From the NCBI RefSeq assembly GCF_006345805.1, contig NC_043000.1, positions 108,748,001 to 108,812,000 on the forward strand: a stretch of DNA of 64,000 nucleotides, written 5' to 3'. This stretch comes from Octopus sinensis. Taxonomy: Eukaryota. The translations under genes were made by a program, and so were the position numbers. Below, piece by piece: positions 1 through 13,613 of this stretch. The first letter of the stretch is position 1. The number at the start of each line of letters is the position of its first letter. Under the pieces are notes generated by a model. It saw only the letters and a list, made by a program, of their open reading frames with translations. It searched no databases and was not told where the DNA came from.

Positions 1-2734
1 TTAATTTATCATACAAATGATTTTCCAGGCTAGCATGGTGTGTGGATGAGCACATTAATGAGGTATAGTTTCTGTTGGATGCCCCCTCTTGTTGTTCACC
101 TTTATCTTTTTTGCAAATAAGGGATGTTTTTTCCCCCCACTTTTCAGATCTACAGACTATATATATATATATATATATATAGAACTGGATTCAAAGAATC
201 AAGTGGAACCCAGTGTAAAGCACTCCAGATGAGGATATCTAGCTATATTGTATGGGTTAGTATGGATACAATAGTCTCAGTGTTTATCTCCAAAACACTC
301 AAATGGACGGCAGTTACCTGAAAATTTCAAAGAGAGAATATCCCCATGGAAACATGTGTCAAACACACACACACACACATGTATGTATGTTTGAAAGTAT
401 AATGAGGCCAACTGTATTTTGTTACAGAGAAGTCTTGAAACACACAGCTGAACTTTTAAATGTTTTTTGCAGTTGAGACGTTCTAGGTTGAGACAAAAGG
501 CAGTGAAGAAAAAAAAAATGGACTCAAAAGTTTATTTTTAAAAAGAGTTTCTCATCAACTCAATGAGATTCTGCTAGATACAGGGATGCAAAGACTACAT
601 TAGTATTTTATCTTACTAGTCCAAACTCCTAGGAAAGATTAAAGATAAATATTTAAGCGCCCTTGGCAGTATTTGAACACGAAACACTCAGGCACTGAAC
701 TATATGGAGAGAAATATATCTCCAACTGACCAGCTCTACAGTGTCCACTTGAACAAGCCCTGCCCAAAAACGTAGCAGCAGCAGTAGTAGTAGTTTCTAA
801 GATAGGCACACAAGGCCTGAAATTCTGGGGGAGGGTCTTAGTTGATTACATTGACTCCCAGTGCTTAACTGCTATTTTATTGATCCTGAAAGGACAAGAG
901 GATGATAATAATAATAATGATAATAATAAGTATAATGAGTATAAGCTAAAAGAGTGGGAATAAACTGCTCAGATGTGGTGTGGTGTTCATAATAAATCAA
1001 CAAAAAACTGTGAAAAAAATAATAATAAGAGGAAGTGAATGTGGGTGGGGATTGATTGTAAGATCAGAAAATGTTAATTAACAATAGAGCTGGCAGGAAG
1101 AAGATTTTAGTAGGTTTTGTCTTGTTGTAAATGTTGTGAATTTCTTTTGTTTTTGTCTTTATTTTCTTCTGCACTTTTATGCCTCAACACAGAAGTGAAA
1201 TAATAGAAAATGAATTGTGGTTTTGGATTCAGAAAATGAAACACTAAAACTAGATTGTCACCAATAATAATTTCTACAAAGAAGTAATGAATAGGTTATT
1301 GAGGAAACATGAAACTAGATTGTGGACTCAGGTTGTCAAGAATTGACTAGTGTATGTGTGTGTGTATAAAACTCAAAATCAGGTGATTGTTTCCTTTTTG
1401 ATCAAAACTCGAAATACAAGTTACTATTAGTAGTATCAACAGAGGAAAAAGAAAAATGATTAAAAAAACTTGACTAATATTACTAATTTCAGTCAATAAT
1501 AGCCCTTCAGTAATAGTTTTATTTTTAATACTGGATTATAACTGTTGGCTAAGTTGAGTGGGAAAGAAAACTGACACATTTCCTGTGCATTGTTAGAAGT
1601 AAATGCAACAGTTCAAATCAACAATACCATTATGACCATCACAATTCAATACCAGATGGAAGGACTGGAATTTTATGAAATAAACAACAGTATTTTAGTA
1701 TTGTAAATGAAAATAACAATAGATGGGATATTTCTTTAAGGTGCTAAGTTGAAATATAAGTCAACAAACATCCACTTGGAGCAATATTGGAACCTTTCCA
1801 AATTATAGAATAGACTGCACTGCACCTTGTTTTACGCTTACACTACGTATATATATATATATATACCAGACCACATTAACTACATGCCAATGAATGAGTG
1901 TATGTGGTTACTATCTGTCAGAAATAGTAATCAAATCTCTCTCAAAGCAGTGAGGATATGTTAGCCTTTGATGAACTAAAACAAAGATGGTGGAGCCATG
2001 AGAGAGTGAAAGAGAGAGAGACAGACAAGTAGATAGATAGTTGGACAGATAGAAAAGCTGCAAAAAGAGCAACAGAGAAATGAAAATCAAATGTTAAACG
2101 ACAAAATCAAACTTGGTCCAGATCTGATCAATATTCAATGAGGAAAAAAAGACGAAAAAAGTAAAAGCAGAGAATAGACTCAACAGGTTTAGAGGAAGCA
2201 GAAGGGCAGGATGGAATGGATTATCATACACACATAAATATATATATGGAGAGAAAAAGAGTGAGGAAGGTAATGGAGAAGTTAATAAGGAACAGAAGAA
2301 ATAATTATGGTTTCCTGTTCAATGAAGCATGCAACGGAATTTTGAGGTTTGGCTGATGCATGCAGTCTCCTCCCTTTCTACATTTGTCTGTTTGCATAAA
2401 TGATGGGTTGATGGGTTTCTATTCTGTTTTTGTTACGAAAGGACCATACTTTGGAACTCTAGCAGATCTACTGAAACTTTGAAATGAGTGTGTGTGTGTG
2501 TGTGTAAGCATGCATGAAAATAAATCTCGTTTTTTTTTTTCTTTCTTATTTTACTTTTTTCTTGGTTTTATGTGTGTATTTGTGTATGGCAGAGAGAGAG
2601 AGAGAGAGGTGGGTATACTTAAGTAAAAGAGAAAGTACGAGAGAGATAGAAACAACGGAGAAAATTTAAACCAAATATCAAAATATGGTTTATCAAATAA
2701 GTCCATAAGAGTAAATCCCAAAAGATATAAACAT

Positions 2735-3570
2735 CCAGCCAATAGAAAGTGTCCTCATCTTTGTTGTCATCATATACACACGCGTATATTTGCCTTTTTT
2801 TTTCTGTCTGTTTTTGTTTTTTTTCCTTTGCTATTGCTGTTGTCTTCACTGCTAAACCAATAGAAACCCAGTCAGCAATTGGCAGAAGACACACCTTGTT
2901 GGGGAGTAGAATTATCCAATCACAAGTGATAACAGGGGAAACGGGGTTGGTTTAACAAAATGAGACACATAGAAATGGGAATCTTTAGTTCAAGACACTC
3001 AGTCTTCTTCACTCTGAAGAGACAGTTGGCAAACGAACAATTAAAGAATGCAGCGTCATCCACTCTAAATACTCAGTCTTAGACTTTGTCACATGTAGCA
3101 GCTTTGGCAATTTTTTCCTTCCATGTTTCCACTATGATGGTATTTTGTCTCCATTTATCTTTTTCTCTTTACTTGAAAGGGGTTTTATTTCAGCCCTTTT
3201 TTTTTTCTCTTGTGTTATTGTTGTTGTTACTACCCTTTAACTTGTGTTCTCTTTCCAGTTCCAAAATTTAAAGAAAAAAAGGAGGGTGTTTGTTCATCTA
3301 ATTTCTCTCAAAATTATTGGTATGTTAGAGGAGATGATGATAGTATTCACACATGTGAATATCTAAATCCTCAATTATAAATAATAAATTTTATAAATTT
3401 ATAAAAGTAAAAAACATTAGAAAAAATCTTTTGATGATTTTCATTAAAGAATTTGTTATTAGATTAGTTATACTTTGAAAGAAATAACAAAATGAATGCC
3501 CAGCAGTTTTACCCCCGTTTCGAAATGGTAGCAGCACTAAAGTAGCCTAGGTTCACAAGATGGCTGCTAC
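2735..3570. promoter_or_regulatory. Candidate promoter/enhancer in non-repeat DNA
   Basis: Three CCAAT boxes (2739, 2857, 2916; the first two share ccaatagaaa) and a YY1-like caagatggctgc at 3556-67; GA-rich flanks. Confidence 0.35.
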
Positions 3571-4545
3571 ACCTAAGTGCCAAATGCCTATGTAGAGAGA
3601 AGAAGCATTTACAGACGAGTTTGTCTGTGCTAAGAAAAATATTGGGCTGTTGAAGAGAGAAAGTGAGTGTGTGATGTATGAGTGAATGAGTGAGAGAGGA
3701 TATGAGATAGACAGAAGTGTAAAGAATCTTCTAGACTAGGGTGCAATGAATCTACAGATATTTGGAAAGTGGGAGGAAAGGACGAGAAGAGCAAGAAGGA
3801 AAAAGCATAGCGAAGAAGATGTGTTAGTGATCTAGCTAACATCCCTGCCACCAATGCCAGCTGTAAGAGAGTAGTGAGTACCATAAGCTATAAATAGTTA
3901 ATAGAAAACAGAGAACAGGGTTTGGCAGCAGATTATCATTTGAAGAAATAAAATGGAATTAAAAAAGAAAGGAAAAAAAGTCTCCCCCTACATCAACTTG
4001 GAGAAAGAGAAATAAAAAGGATAAGGCCCCTAAGGACAGCTAAATAAACTAGAGCGGCGGGGGTAGGATGTTTTTGGTTGTATGATAAAAAAAAAAACTG
4101 GTTCTACAAAGGAAAATTGATTGTGTGATTAGAATACAACAGAGTTTGATGATTTTATTACTACTATTAAAGAAACTGAATTAAATGCAGTTTGACATCA
4201 TAAACACACACACACTTACAATTCCTCATTCTCAAACATACATGCCCATGCATTTTTGAATAAATTCTTCAGCCTAAGATTTCCTTTCTCTATGAGTGTG
4301 TGTGTGTGTGCTAAACTTTACTTGCTCTGATATATTCTTGTGTCTATGCATTTTGAGTATATATTTTTGGTATATGTACATGTAAATATGCAGATACATC
4401 TAACTACAAAAAAATATGCATGTGTTTGTGTGTGTGTGTATATGCATCTGTTTTCCCACTTAGATGTTGAAATGAGTGGCCAAAAGTGATAAGTAAGAAC
4501 ATTTCTAGAATGCTGCCCATGTGGTTGCTTCTAGGATTCACTTAC

Positions 4546-4602
4546 ACAACTGCTATCTCTCATATCAGCAATCTCAACATATCTAGGCACATTTTTGTCC
4601 AT
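4546..4602 (-). CDS. Candidate initiating exon MDKNVPRYVEIADMRDSSC
   Basis: gacATGg context with an in-frame stop just upstream; 19 open codons, then |GTAAGT (acttac 4540-45). No homology recognised. Confidence 0.22.
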
Positions 4603-7600
4603 GTCTTAGCTGTTTCTTCCCCCCCCCCCACACACAAAACAGAAGATAAAAGGCAAAAAGGAAAAGAAGAGATTTAAAGTAATTATTGAATAAAGAAAGA
4701 TAGTTATCTTTTATCTTTTACTTGTTTCAGATATTAAACAGCAGCCATGCTGGAGCACTACCTTGAAGGGTTTTAAATCAAACAAGTCAACCCCAGCATT
4801 CATGCTTTTCCTTTTTTTTTGTACTTTTTCTTTCAGTCTACATTTTTTTCCTCAAATCCCACTTCATATCTGATGTCCATTAGATATGACACATTAGATA
4901 CAGAGTCTTGGAGAAAAAAAAATAAAGATGAGATGCTATGGTTGCAATGTCTGATGCGAGATCTACAGGAGTGTGCTTAGCTTGGGATAAAAACCAACAA
5001 TAACAAAAAAAAAAAAAAATTCCATAAATTTGAAGTGTTGAAACACTCCAAGAGTTTCCAGTTTCATGGTGTGTAGCATCATTATCATTTAACATCTATT
5101 TTACCATGCTTACGAGAATCGGAGGGGATACGTTCAGGCAGATTTCTTTCTATGGCCAGATACTCTTGCCAAGTAAAATAATATGTCTGCAAGGCCAAAC
5201 AGGTTTGCCACAGAAAACTGGAAATGAACAACCTTGTTTGTATGATGATGATGATGCTTGTCTGCAACCATGATGTGACATCAAGATAAAAGTACAAACA
5301 AACGCACATGTGTGTGTGTGTCTCTGTGTGTGAAATGATCATTTACTGTCCTGTTTTTTTTTTTCCATGCAGGCACGAGTTGGACTCTCTCTCTCTCACA
5401 TAATATATGTAAGAACAGCCCACATATATATTATATGATGGGCTTCTCTCAGTTTCTCTCTACAAAATCCACTCACAAGGCTTTGGTCAACCTGGACTGT
5501 AGTAGAAGACGCCCAAAGATGCCATACAGTAAGACTGAACCGAAGACCATGCAGTTGGGAAGTAAGCTGATCAACTACAACAGCCACGATTCTACTTATT
5601 GCACACGAAATATAAAATGCATCAGAAGATTATTTTCTATCCAATAATATTTGCAGAAATTCTAAGAGCTGGTCTTGATAACTTTGCTGGAGGAAATATA
5701 CGGAATTCAGTGCACAACTGTCCAAAATACAGCAAAACACTGGCAGTGGATTTGAACATGGAATCTAAGAACTCTGGTATTTTCACTTCTGGAAAATACA
5801 GACAGACAGACACACACACGAAATAGTTTAGGAACAGTGTATACAATAAGTTCAATATACTATATTATTTCTTGCCAGTTTTGCAATAACCTATTGAAAG
5901 TATTACTGCAATAATCAGCTAAAATGTAAATTGGTAGTTTAAATCATGAAACACGGTACAATTACTTAAAATTGCACAAACACCACTAAATAGCAATTGA
6001 ATGATAACTTCTACTCGGTTTTTATTATTTTTTAATTATCAAATCTAGTGTGGAATATTAAATCAAAGGGAGATAATTTATGCAAACCTAAAATGACGTT
6101 GAACGACATCAACTGAAATTTCAATGAATGCAAAAATAAGGAACCCTCGAGGAAACGTTGGGAGCGGAGTGTAGATGAAGCAATAACAGGGACTGAGACA
6201 GTATTTTAGCACAAAGTCCTTTCATCACTCATTCTCATGTCAGTTGCCTTACACCAACAAGTAGCTTAGTCTCAAGCGGAGTGGCTCTGAGTTTACTAAT
6301 GGCAGTGGAATGGTAGAATTGAAGTATTTATTTCTGATACAAATAAAATGATAAACTTTTGAACTGAAACTAAAAAAAAAAATAAATAAAATAAAATAAA
6401 AGCAAAGAATTTAAATAAGTATCAGGTACATTAATTTTATGATTACAAACATACTTGTGCATATATACACAAAAATCAATAGGAACATAGTTATCCATGT
6501 ATCATATTCAATAATTATGTACACCATTGATAGGCTAGTTACTAGGGAATTTGTCCTGAGATAACATCTTTTACAGACATGCTGTGTAGAAACACAAAGG
6601 AGACAATAGTTGATCCCAGTCTCAGTGCCAGATGCATTTTGGATTTTTTGATAGCACTTACTTACAGTCAGCCACATCCTTGGATAAGAATTTGTCACCT
6701 CCAATTTATGAAACAGTAAAATGTTGCAAATAGCCAACCAGCTGAGTCAAAAGTCCAGTATACACAATTGAGGCAGTATTGAATCAAAATGGCCATCTAG
6801 GTATCATACTTAATGCATAAACACCATCGACAGACAACCATTGACAGCAGGATTTGTCCTGAGAACTGAGCAACTAGATATTCTAGAAAATTAATGCCTT
6901 CTAGATTGTCTATCTTCATTTTTAGCATTTTTATCTTCTTGTTTCAGTCACTGAACTCTAGCTATGCTAAGACATCATTTTGAAGGGAACAGTCAAACAA
7001 ATCGACCCCAGGACTTATTTTTTTAAGTCTATTACTTATTCTATAAATCCCTTTTTCTTGATCAGCTATATTACAGGGACATAAACAAACCAACACTGGT
7101 TGTCAAGCAGAGGAGTGTGGGATACAAACTCAAATACATTCACACACACACACACACACATACAGTTTCCACCTGGCAAATCCACTCAAAGGAATTGGTC
7201 AGACTAGTTCTATTGGAGCAGCAGCTACTTGCCCAAGGTGCTCTACAGTGGGACTGAACCCAGAGCCACATGGTTGCAAAACAAGTTTCTTAACCACACA
7301 GCCATATTGTGTATGGAATGAAGACACCATTTCCAAAGAAACAGGATATATTCCAAAGTATGAGTGGATAAGGAAGGGGCAGAAGAGCAAATTTGTATGA
7401 ACGAGAGAGAAAAGATGAGATGCATATGTGAAATGGAAATGTGTCTCTTAGAAACAGGCATCTAGATGTACACAGCACACACACACATTGGCTGTCCAGT
7501 AAAGAAGACAGTATTTTCTAAACTCATCATCATTGTTTTAACATCCTCTTTTACATGCTGTCATGGATTGGATGGGATTTATTGAGGTTGATTTTCTCCA

Positions 7601-8387
7601 GTTGTATGTGCTTCCTGTTGCCAACTCTCACCAGATATGTTTTCACAGAACATTGGAAACTAAAGACACTGCTTACATAACGGGGGTACTTGTTTACGAC
7701 TATCAAAATATGCAGTGAAAGGCAAGGAAGACAGTAACACACTCACGTGTGTGTGCTCTCATATGACAGGCTTCTTTCAGCTTGTTTATTAAATCCACTC
7801 ACAAGACATTAAGTTGGCCTGAGATTATGAAAGCCACTTGAGCAAAGTGGCATGCAGAGGGACTGAACCTGAGACCATGAGATCGGAAAGCAAACTTCTT
7901 GCCACTATGCCTATATGAAATTCTGCCTTAATTATAGGATGCCTGGTGTGTAATGTTACAGAGAACAATTGTTCACAAAGGCTCTTTTCTCCAGATATTC
8001 TAAACCCTGGAGTAATAATAATTCCTCAGATTGGCACAAAACCATGAGAAATTCTAAGGTGCTGGTGCTGGTGGTGCATAAAGTGGATCCAATCCAAGAC
8101 CATTTTGTTTTCTTGATTACTGAGGAAAGAATAGCAAAAAAAGACTCAGATAGGATTGATGCAGAATGTTGAGAGGGGGAAAAAATAAACACATTCCTAT
8201 GTGTCTTGTTTTCTATTGTTCCAATCACTGTCTTTGGAGTAAAATAAGGACCCTTGCAAGTAGTTTGGATTCTTGGGAAAGTAGAAGACAATGGAAAGAA
8301 AGATTTGGTGTGTCAAAAGAGTAGAGTATGGTTGGGGAGAGAAAGAGGAAACGGATTGATAGTAAAGCTGGAGTTGACTAAGCTCGC

Positions 8388-8422
<35 letters not shown>

Positions 8423-9107
8423 ATGTATTTGTCTGGTTTTCCACTCAAAACACACACACACCTACACCAACAATGAGACAAACAAGAAGAATAGTCCCAT
8501 AACTAAATTATGTGTAGAAGTATTTTGGCCAGTTTTCAATTTGTGTGCAAGCCGTTTATATATTGTTTGTCATTAGACTGCGGCCATGCTGGAGCACTAC
8601 TTTGAAGAATTTTAACCGAATGAATCAACCTCACTACATTTTACCATTTTTTAAAGTCTGGTACTTATTCTATCAGACTCTTTTGCTGAACTGCTAAGTT
8701 ACAGGGATGCAAATGCACCAACACCAGTTGTCAAGCAGTGGGGTGGGGACAAACAACAGGCTTCTTTCAGTTTCCATTTACCACATCCACTGACAAAGCT
8801 TTGGTCAGCTCAAGGCTATAGTAGAAGACTCTTGCCTAAGGTGCCACACAATAGGACTGAACCCGGAACCACATGGTTGGGAATCAAGTTTCTTACAACA
8901 TAATCTCAGGTATATACATATATTCACATATAAATATTCTTGAGAACATTCCTTTCTTAGTGGTAAGACCATAGCGGATCTACTTCTAGCATAATGGATG
9001 TCCACGTAGTGGTCATCCCTTTTATATGTATATATTCACATATATATACAGACATCCCCAGAAAGGCCACAGCCTTTCACTGAAACCAGCAAAAACAACA
9101 CATACAC

Positions 9108-9168
<61 letters not shown>

Positions 9169-9362
9169 TATATATACACATAGATGAGGCGAGAGAGACA
9201 CACACAGAATGAAGTATTGGTTTATGTTACTATTTATGAACACATGTAAGAGATTATATTTAAAATCTCTCTCACAAACACACACAGAGTTAAGTGTGCA
9301 TCTGGGTGGAGAAAAGAAAGAGCGAGAGAGAGAGTGGGGTTTCTTTTTATTATTATACGCAG

Positions 9363-9437
9363 CTGGTGCGACTGAAGAAATTGAATATCAAAGCATGGAA
9401 GACGATTTGAGACAGACACTAAATGGCACCAAAGAAA
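9363..9437 (+). CDS. Candidate 75-nt symmetric (phase 1-1) coding exon, product unknown
   Basis: Acceptor ttctttttattattatacgcAG and donor gaaa|GTAAGA; open frame (A)GATEEIEYQSMEDDLRQTLNGTKE(S); local CpG retention. No homology recognised. Confidence 0.3.
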
Positions 9438-10154
9438 GTAAGAGAGAGAGAGAGAGAGAAGACACAGAACACAATATACAGAGAGTTGAGAAGCGTGTGT
9501 GTGTGGGAGAGAGGACCATGCCTGTGAATAAATATGTAAGACATATGATACCAGAATCACAACTACTACCAACAGAATAACCTAGAATCTGCCATACAGC
9601 ACCAGGGATGAAAGAATGATGGTATTTCTTAAGAAGAGAAAATTTTACTGGTAAAATATTTACTTTAAATACCTATTTGTTTAATATTTTTATCCTTTTA
9701 TTTAATCTATTATCATCATCATCATACTCATCATCAACATGGCAAGCTGGCAGAATTGTTAGCATGTCGGACAAAATGCCGAGAAGTATTTCTTTGCGCT
9801 CTCTTTGTTATGAGTTCAAATTCTGCTGAGGTCAGCTTTGCCTTTTATCCTTTCAGGGGTCAATGAAATAAATACCAGTTCTGCACTGGGACCGATGTAA
9901 TTGAGTAGCCCCCACTCTCAAAACTTCAAGCCTTGTGCCCTATAGTAGAAAGGTTAATTATCATGATGTATAATTTCATTATTTTTGGATATATTACACA
10001 CACGTGTGCAAATGGAATATATTTGATGTGTATAGATAACTGTAATATGTATGCACAGATGTATGTATGTGTGTATAAATTGCTGTATTACGTATGCACA
10101 GCTGTAAGCATGTGTATGAGTATATAACTATGTTGTTTCCAATTTGTATTTGTT

Positions 10155-10185
<31 letters not shown>

Positions 10186-11527
10186 GAAACTGCTTTTCAT
10201 AGCTTTGGATAATGTTACCAAAATGATCATCTTAATTAATATCAGAGGTCCAGATATTGTTATATCCACTGTTTAATGTTATCAAGAAATTCTCATTCCA
10301 AAATGACCACAGTAAGCAGCTTTCACTGCACACCACTGTTTACACACACCAAAATTTCATCAAATGTTACCACGACCAAATATTTTGCACTTAATTGTCC
10401 TTCTGCGAGCTGGCAGAATCATTAGCAAGCTGAACAAAATGCTTAGCGGTATTTCGCTTGTCGCTATATTCTGAGTTCAAATTCTGCAATGGTCAACTTT
10501 GCTTTTTCATCATTTCGAGGTCAATAAATTAAGTATCAGTGAAAAACTGGGGTCACTCTAATTGACTAGTCCTCTCCCTAAAATTTTAGGCCTTGCACCT
10601 TTAATAGAAAGGATTATTATTATAAGATGGCAGAGTGGTTAGCACACTAGGGCAATTTTGTGTTTTGTCCTTTGAGGGTTGAAAGGATGCAAGGCAAACT
10701 TGCACCAGCATTTCGTCTGAAACAATGTGAGAGACACACACCCAGTAAAATTTCAGAAAGTACTGAAATAAAAAGTGTAATTCAATTAGAATTCAAAAAT
10801 AAGTACATTATTTACATTTGACGGACACTTGGCCTCATCTTGCTTGTCGCCAACTGACCCAGCTGATACACCCTCCAGCCCTCATCAGGTGTCTTGGGGA
10901 AACTTCTTATTCCTAATATTATTATTATTATTATGGTCACTGCCCGGAACCAAACTTAAAAATCCTGGGATTAGTAGGATTATCATCATCGTTATTATTT
11001 TTATATTTCACATTACATCTTTGCAGTTCCAGTTACCTATATTTTTAACCATTTTTCTGTACTGGACTTCAGAAAAAACAAAAAAAAACTTTTTCTGGGA
11101 AGAGGTCTTTTTTTTTTTTTTAAATGAGTATTGAAATCAAGAAATGTGAAGATAAGGCTGACAGTTTAATAAAAAAGAAAGAAAGATAAAGAGAACTATG
11201 TAAACCCTCAATCTATCCATTTTTGCGATCCACGATTCCTGAAATGGGGCAGTGGAGGAGTCTTCGAGTGCCTCCTCCATAAACTCCTCTCAGAAATAAT
11301 CATTAGGATTCCAAAGCATGTCCAACTGAGTCTACAGATGTCAACTCCAACGTCAGCTTGCAGAAACAACATCTTAGAAGCTAAATTCTATAATAAAATC
11401 ACACACAAAAAAAAAACTATTATAAAGAAGAGAAAATACAACGAGTTACTGTAACACACCAAAATATGAAAATGCTTGTGTATTGAGTTGCAACCAGACC
11501 ACAACAAATCAGTCAACAGCATACTTA

Positions 11528-11559
<32 letters not shown>

Positions 11560-11564
<5 letters not shown>

Positions 11565-11760
11565 ACGACTATGAGGATTTGCATCCCCAACGTAAAACTT
11601 ATAATGTAATACATGTCCTTGAAGTAGTAATTGTACGCGGCTGAAGAAGGCTATAGACACACATTTACATCAATTATGCATTGTTATAAACTGTCTAATA
11701 AAGGCCCGAAACATATGTACCACTAAATCCTTTGCATCATGTTTTTATTTTGATAAATAA
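11560..11760 (+). mobile_element. Penelope-like pLTR remnant with hammerhead motif
   Basis: ctgaaga(a)ggc at 11641 ... gcc-c-gaaa-catatg-ta-ccac at 11704-11723; palindromic acatatgt stem III; flanked by (TA)n on both sides. Confidence 0.6.
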
Positions 11761-11789
11761 ATATATATATATATATATACACACATTTT

Positions 11790-12555
11790 GTTATATTTCG
11801 GTATAGTCACTGATTTTTCTTACCAAATAAACACACGCACTTGTATACATTCGTTCTTCACTTCAGATTCTTTGTATTGTTCTTATTTTATGTACTTTGT
11901 CGACAAAACTTTCATCACACATCCTGTGACCTCTTCAGTGACTCACCATCCCACATGTCTCCTCCTCTTCAGTTTACTCTATTCTGTCTGTGTGTATCCT
12001 TATTCGTTCTTGCTTTTGCGTCCATATTTGTGTGTGCACGTCTCTATCTTGTATGTGTGTGTATATAAGTTCCCTTACTATACTGTTTGTATGTGTGCCC
12101 TTTATTTTTTCATTTATTTAATCATCTCTATCCCCACACACCCATTTTGTCTTAGGTATGTCTTTTTTCTGTATATATATATATATATGGGTTTCTGTAT
12201 TCTACTGTTTGTATCTGTCTTATTTTCCATCTCATTCTGGTTTTAGTCGCCACATTGCACAGTGTGATGGTGATGGAGGGAGGGTTCATCGTCCCATTCA
12301 TGTTTTCTTTAGAGGCTTGGTCTGTCTGTTATTGTGTGTGTGTCCTCTGTAACCTAAGTGTTGTGTCTGTTCTATGCATTGATAACCCTTTAGCATCTAG
12401 TTATTAACTGAGCCTCTATTATAAAGCATGTTGGTAGAGCACTGACAAGCCTTTCTCCTCTTTGAGCTCCCACCAGTGTTCACCTATCCGTTCCCCTATG
12501 CTATGTGCCAGCTCCCCATAAAAGACATCTGTTTGACCAGAACCTTTCCAGATGG
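11790..12555 (-). mobile_element. Penelope-like element 3' remnant: decayed GIY-YIG endonuclease plus pLTR with degenerate hammerhead
   Basis: 12419-12550 translates DVFYGELAHSIGERIGEHWWELKEEKGLSVLYQHA, resembling YxGETxRxxxxRxxEH. Downstream, minus-strand ctgaaga-ggtcac...gtgat-gaaa-gttttgtcgacaaagta at 11892-11938. Confidence 0.7.
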
Positions 12556-12998
12556 TGCTGGAGCAAATCAACCTGTTTTTTTTTTGTTTTTGTTTTTTTT
12601 TAGTCTGGTATAGTGAAACCTCTAAGTTACAGGGATGTAAACAAACCAATGCAAGTAATCAAGCAGTGGGGGGTGACAAACTTAGGCATAAAAACCCATG
12701 GAGATATAAAGCGCAGGTATGGCTGAGTATCAAGAAGCTTGCTTCCCAACCACATGGTTCTGGGTTCAGTCCCATTGTGTGGCACCATTAAGTGAGTAAA
12801 ACACACACTCACTCTTCTACTATAGCCTTGGGCCGACCAAAGCCTTGTGAGTGGATTTGATAGATGGAAACTGAAAGAAGCCTGTCACATATATATATGC
12901 GTGTGAAGTATTCCAATGCTTTGAAATATATTGAGTGGATACGAACACTGATCTTTGAAATTTGTTCTTTCTTGGTTTTATATATATATATATATATA

Positions 12999-13283
12999 TA
13001 GGAAAAAAGCAACAAGAATGGATTAAAATATCGGTACAATTGTTTCGTACAAGGACATCTTTAATAAGCTACAAAAAATGCAGTAAATATAGATGGCTCG
13101 TACTTGTCAGCCGAAAAAACATCAGAGATTCCCAAACATCAAAAGGGGTGGATACAAATGAGGGTGTGAGTTTAACTGCATTGAAGAAAGTTATTTACTG
13201 CATTTTTTGTAGCTTATTAAAGATGTCCTCATACGAAACAATTGTACCGATATTTTAATCCATTCTTGTTGCTTTTTTTCCTA
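12999..13283. mobile_element. Foldback MITE with ~91-bp TIRs
   Basis: 12999-13089 and 13192-13283 are reverse complements apart from a 2-nt mismatch and one A/T-run length difference; TA at both ends; ~100-bp spacer. Confidence 0.85.
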
Positions 13284-13578
13284 TTTGTAATCACCCCACT
13301 TGTCGTATGGTTAACACCATATAGATTTCCGGTGCATCCTAGTTAAGGACCATCATCATCATCATTTAGTGTCCGTTTTCCATGCTAGCATGGGTTGGAC
13401 GGTTCAACTGGGGTCTGTGAAGCTGGAAGGCTTCATCAGGCCCAGTCAGATCTGGCAGTGTTTCTACGGCTGGATGCCCTTCCTAACGCCAACCACTCCG
13501 TGAGTGTAGTGGGTGCTTTTTACGTGCCACATTCATGTGAATTCATTAGAATTCACTTGAATCTCAATTACTTAAACC

Positions 13579-13613
<35 letters not shown>

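Noticed and set aside
6678-6730. Minus-strand GWLFATFYCFINW resembling class B GPCR TM7
   Set aside because: It is followed by W-R-stop rather than N-x-E-V; the implied exon is 43 nt and in the wrong phase versus the usual 42-nt exon; no other TM exons were found.
11170-11335. LDMLWNPNDYF*EEFMEEALEDSS as a possible selenocysteine read-through
   Set aside because: No selenoprotein motif, no SECIS recognised and no convincing splice sites; a chance frame or decayed repeat is more likely.
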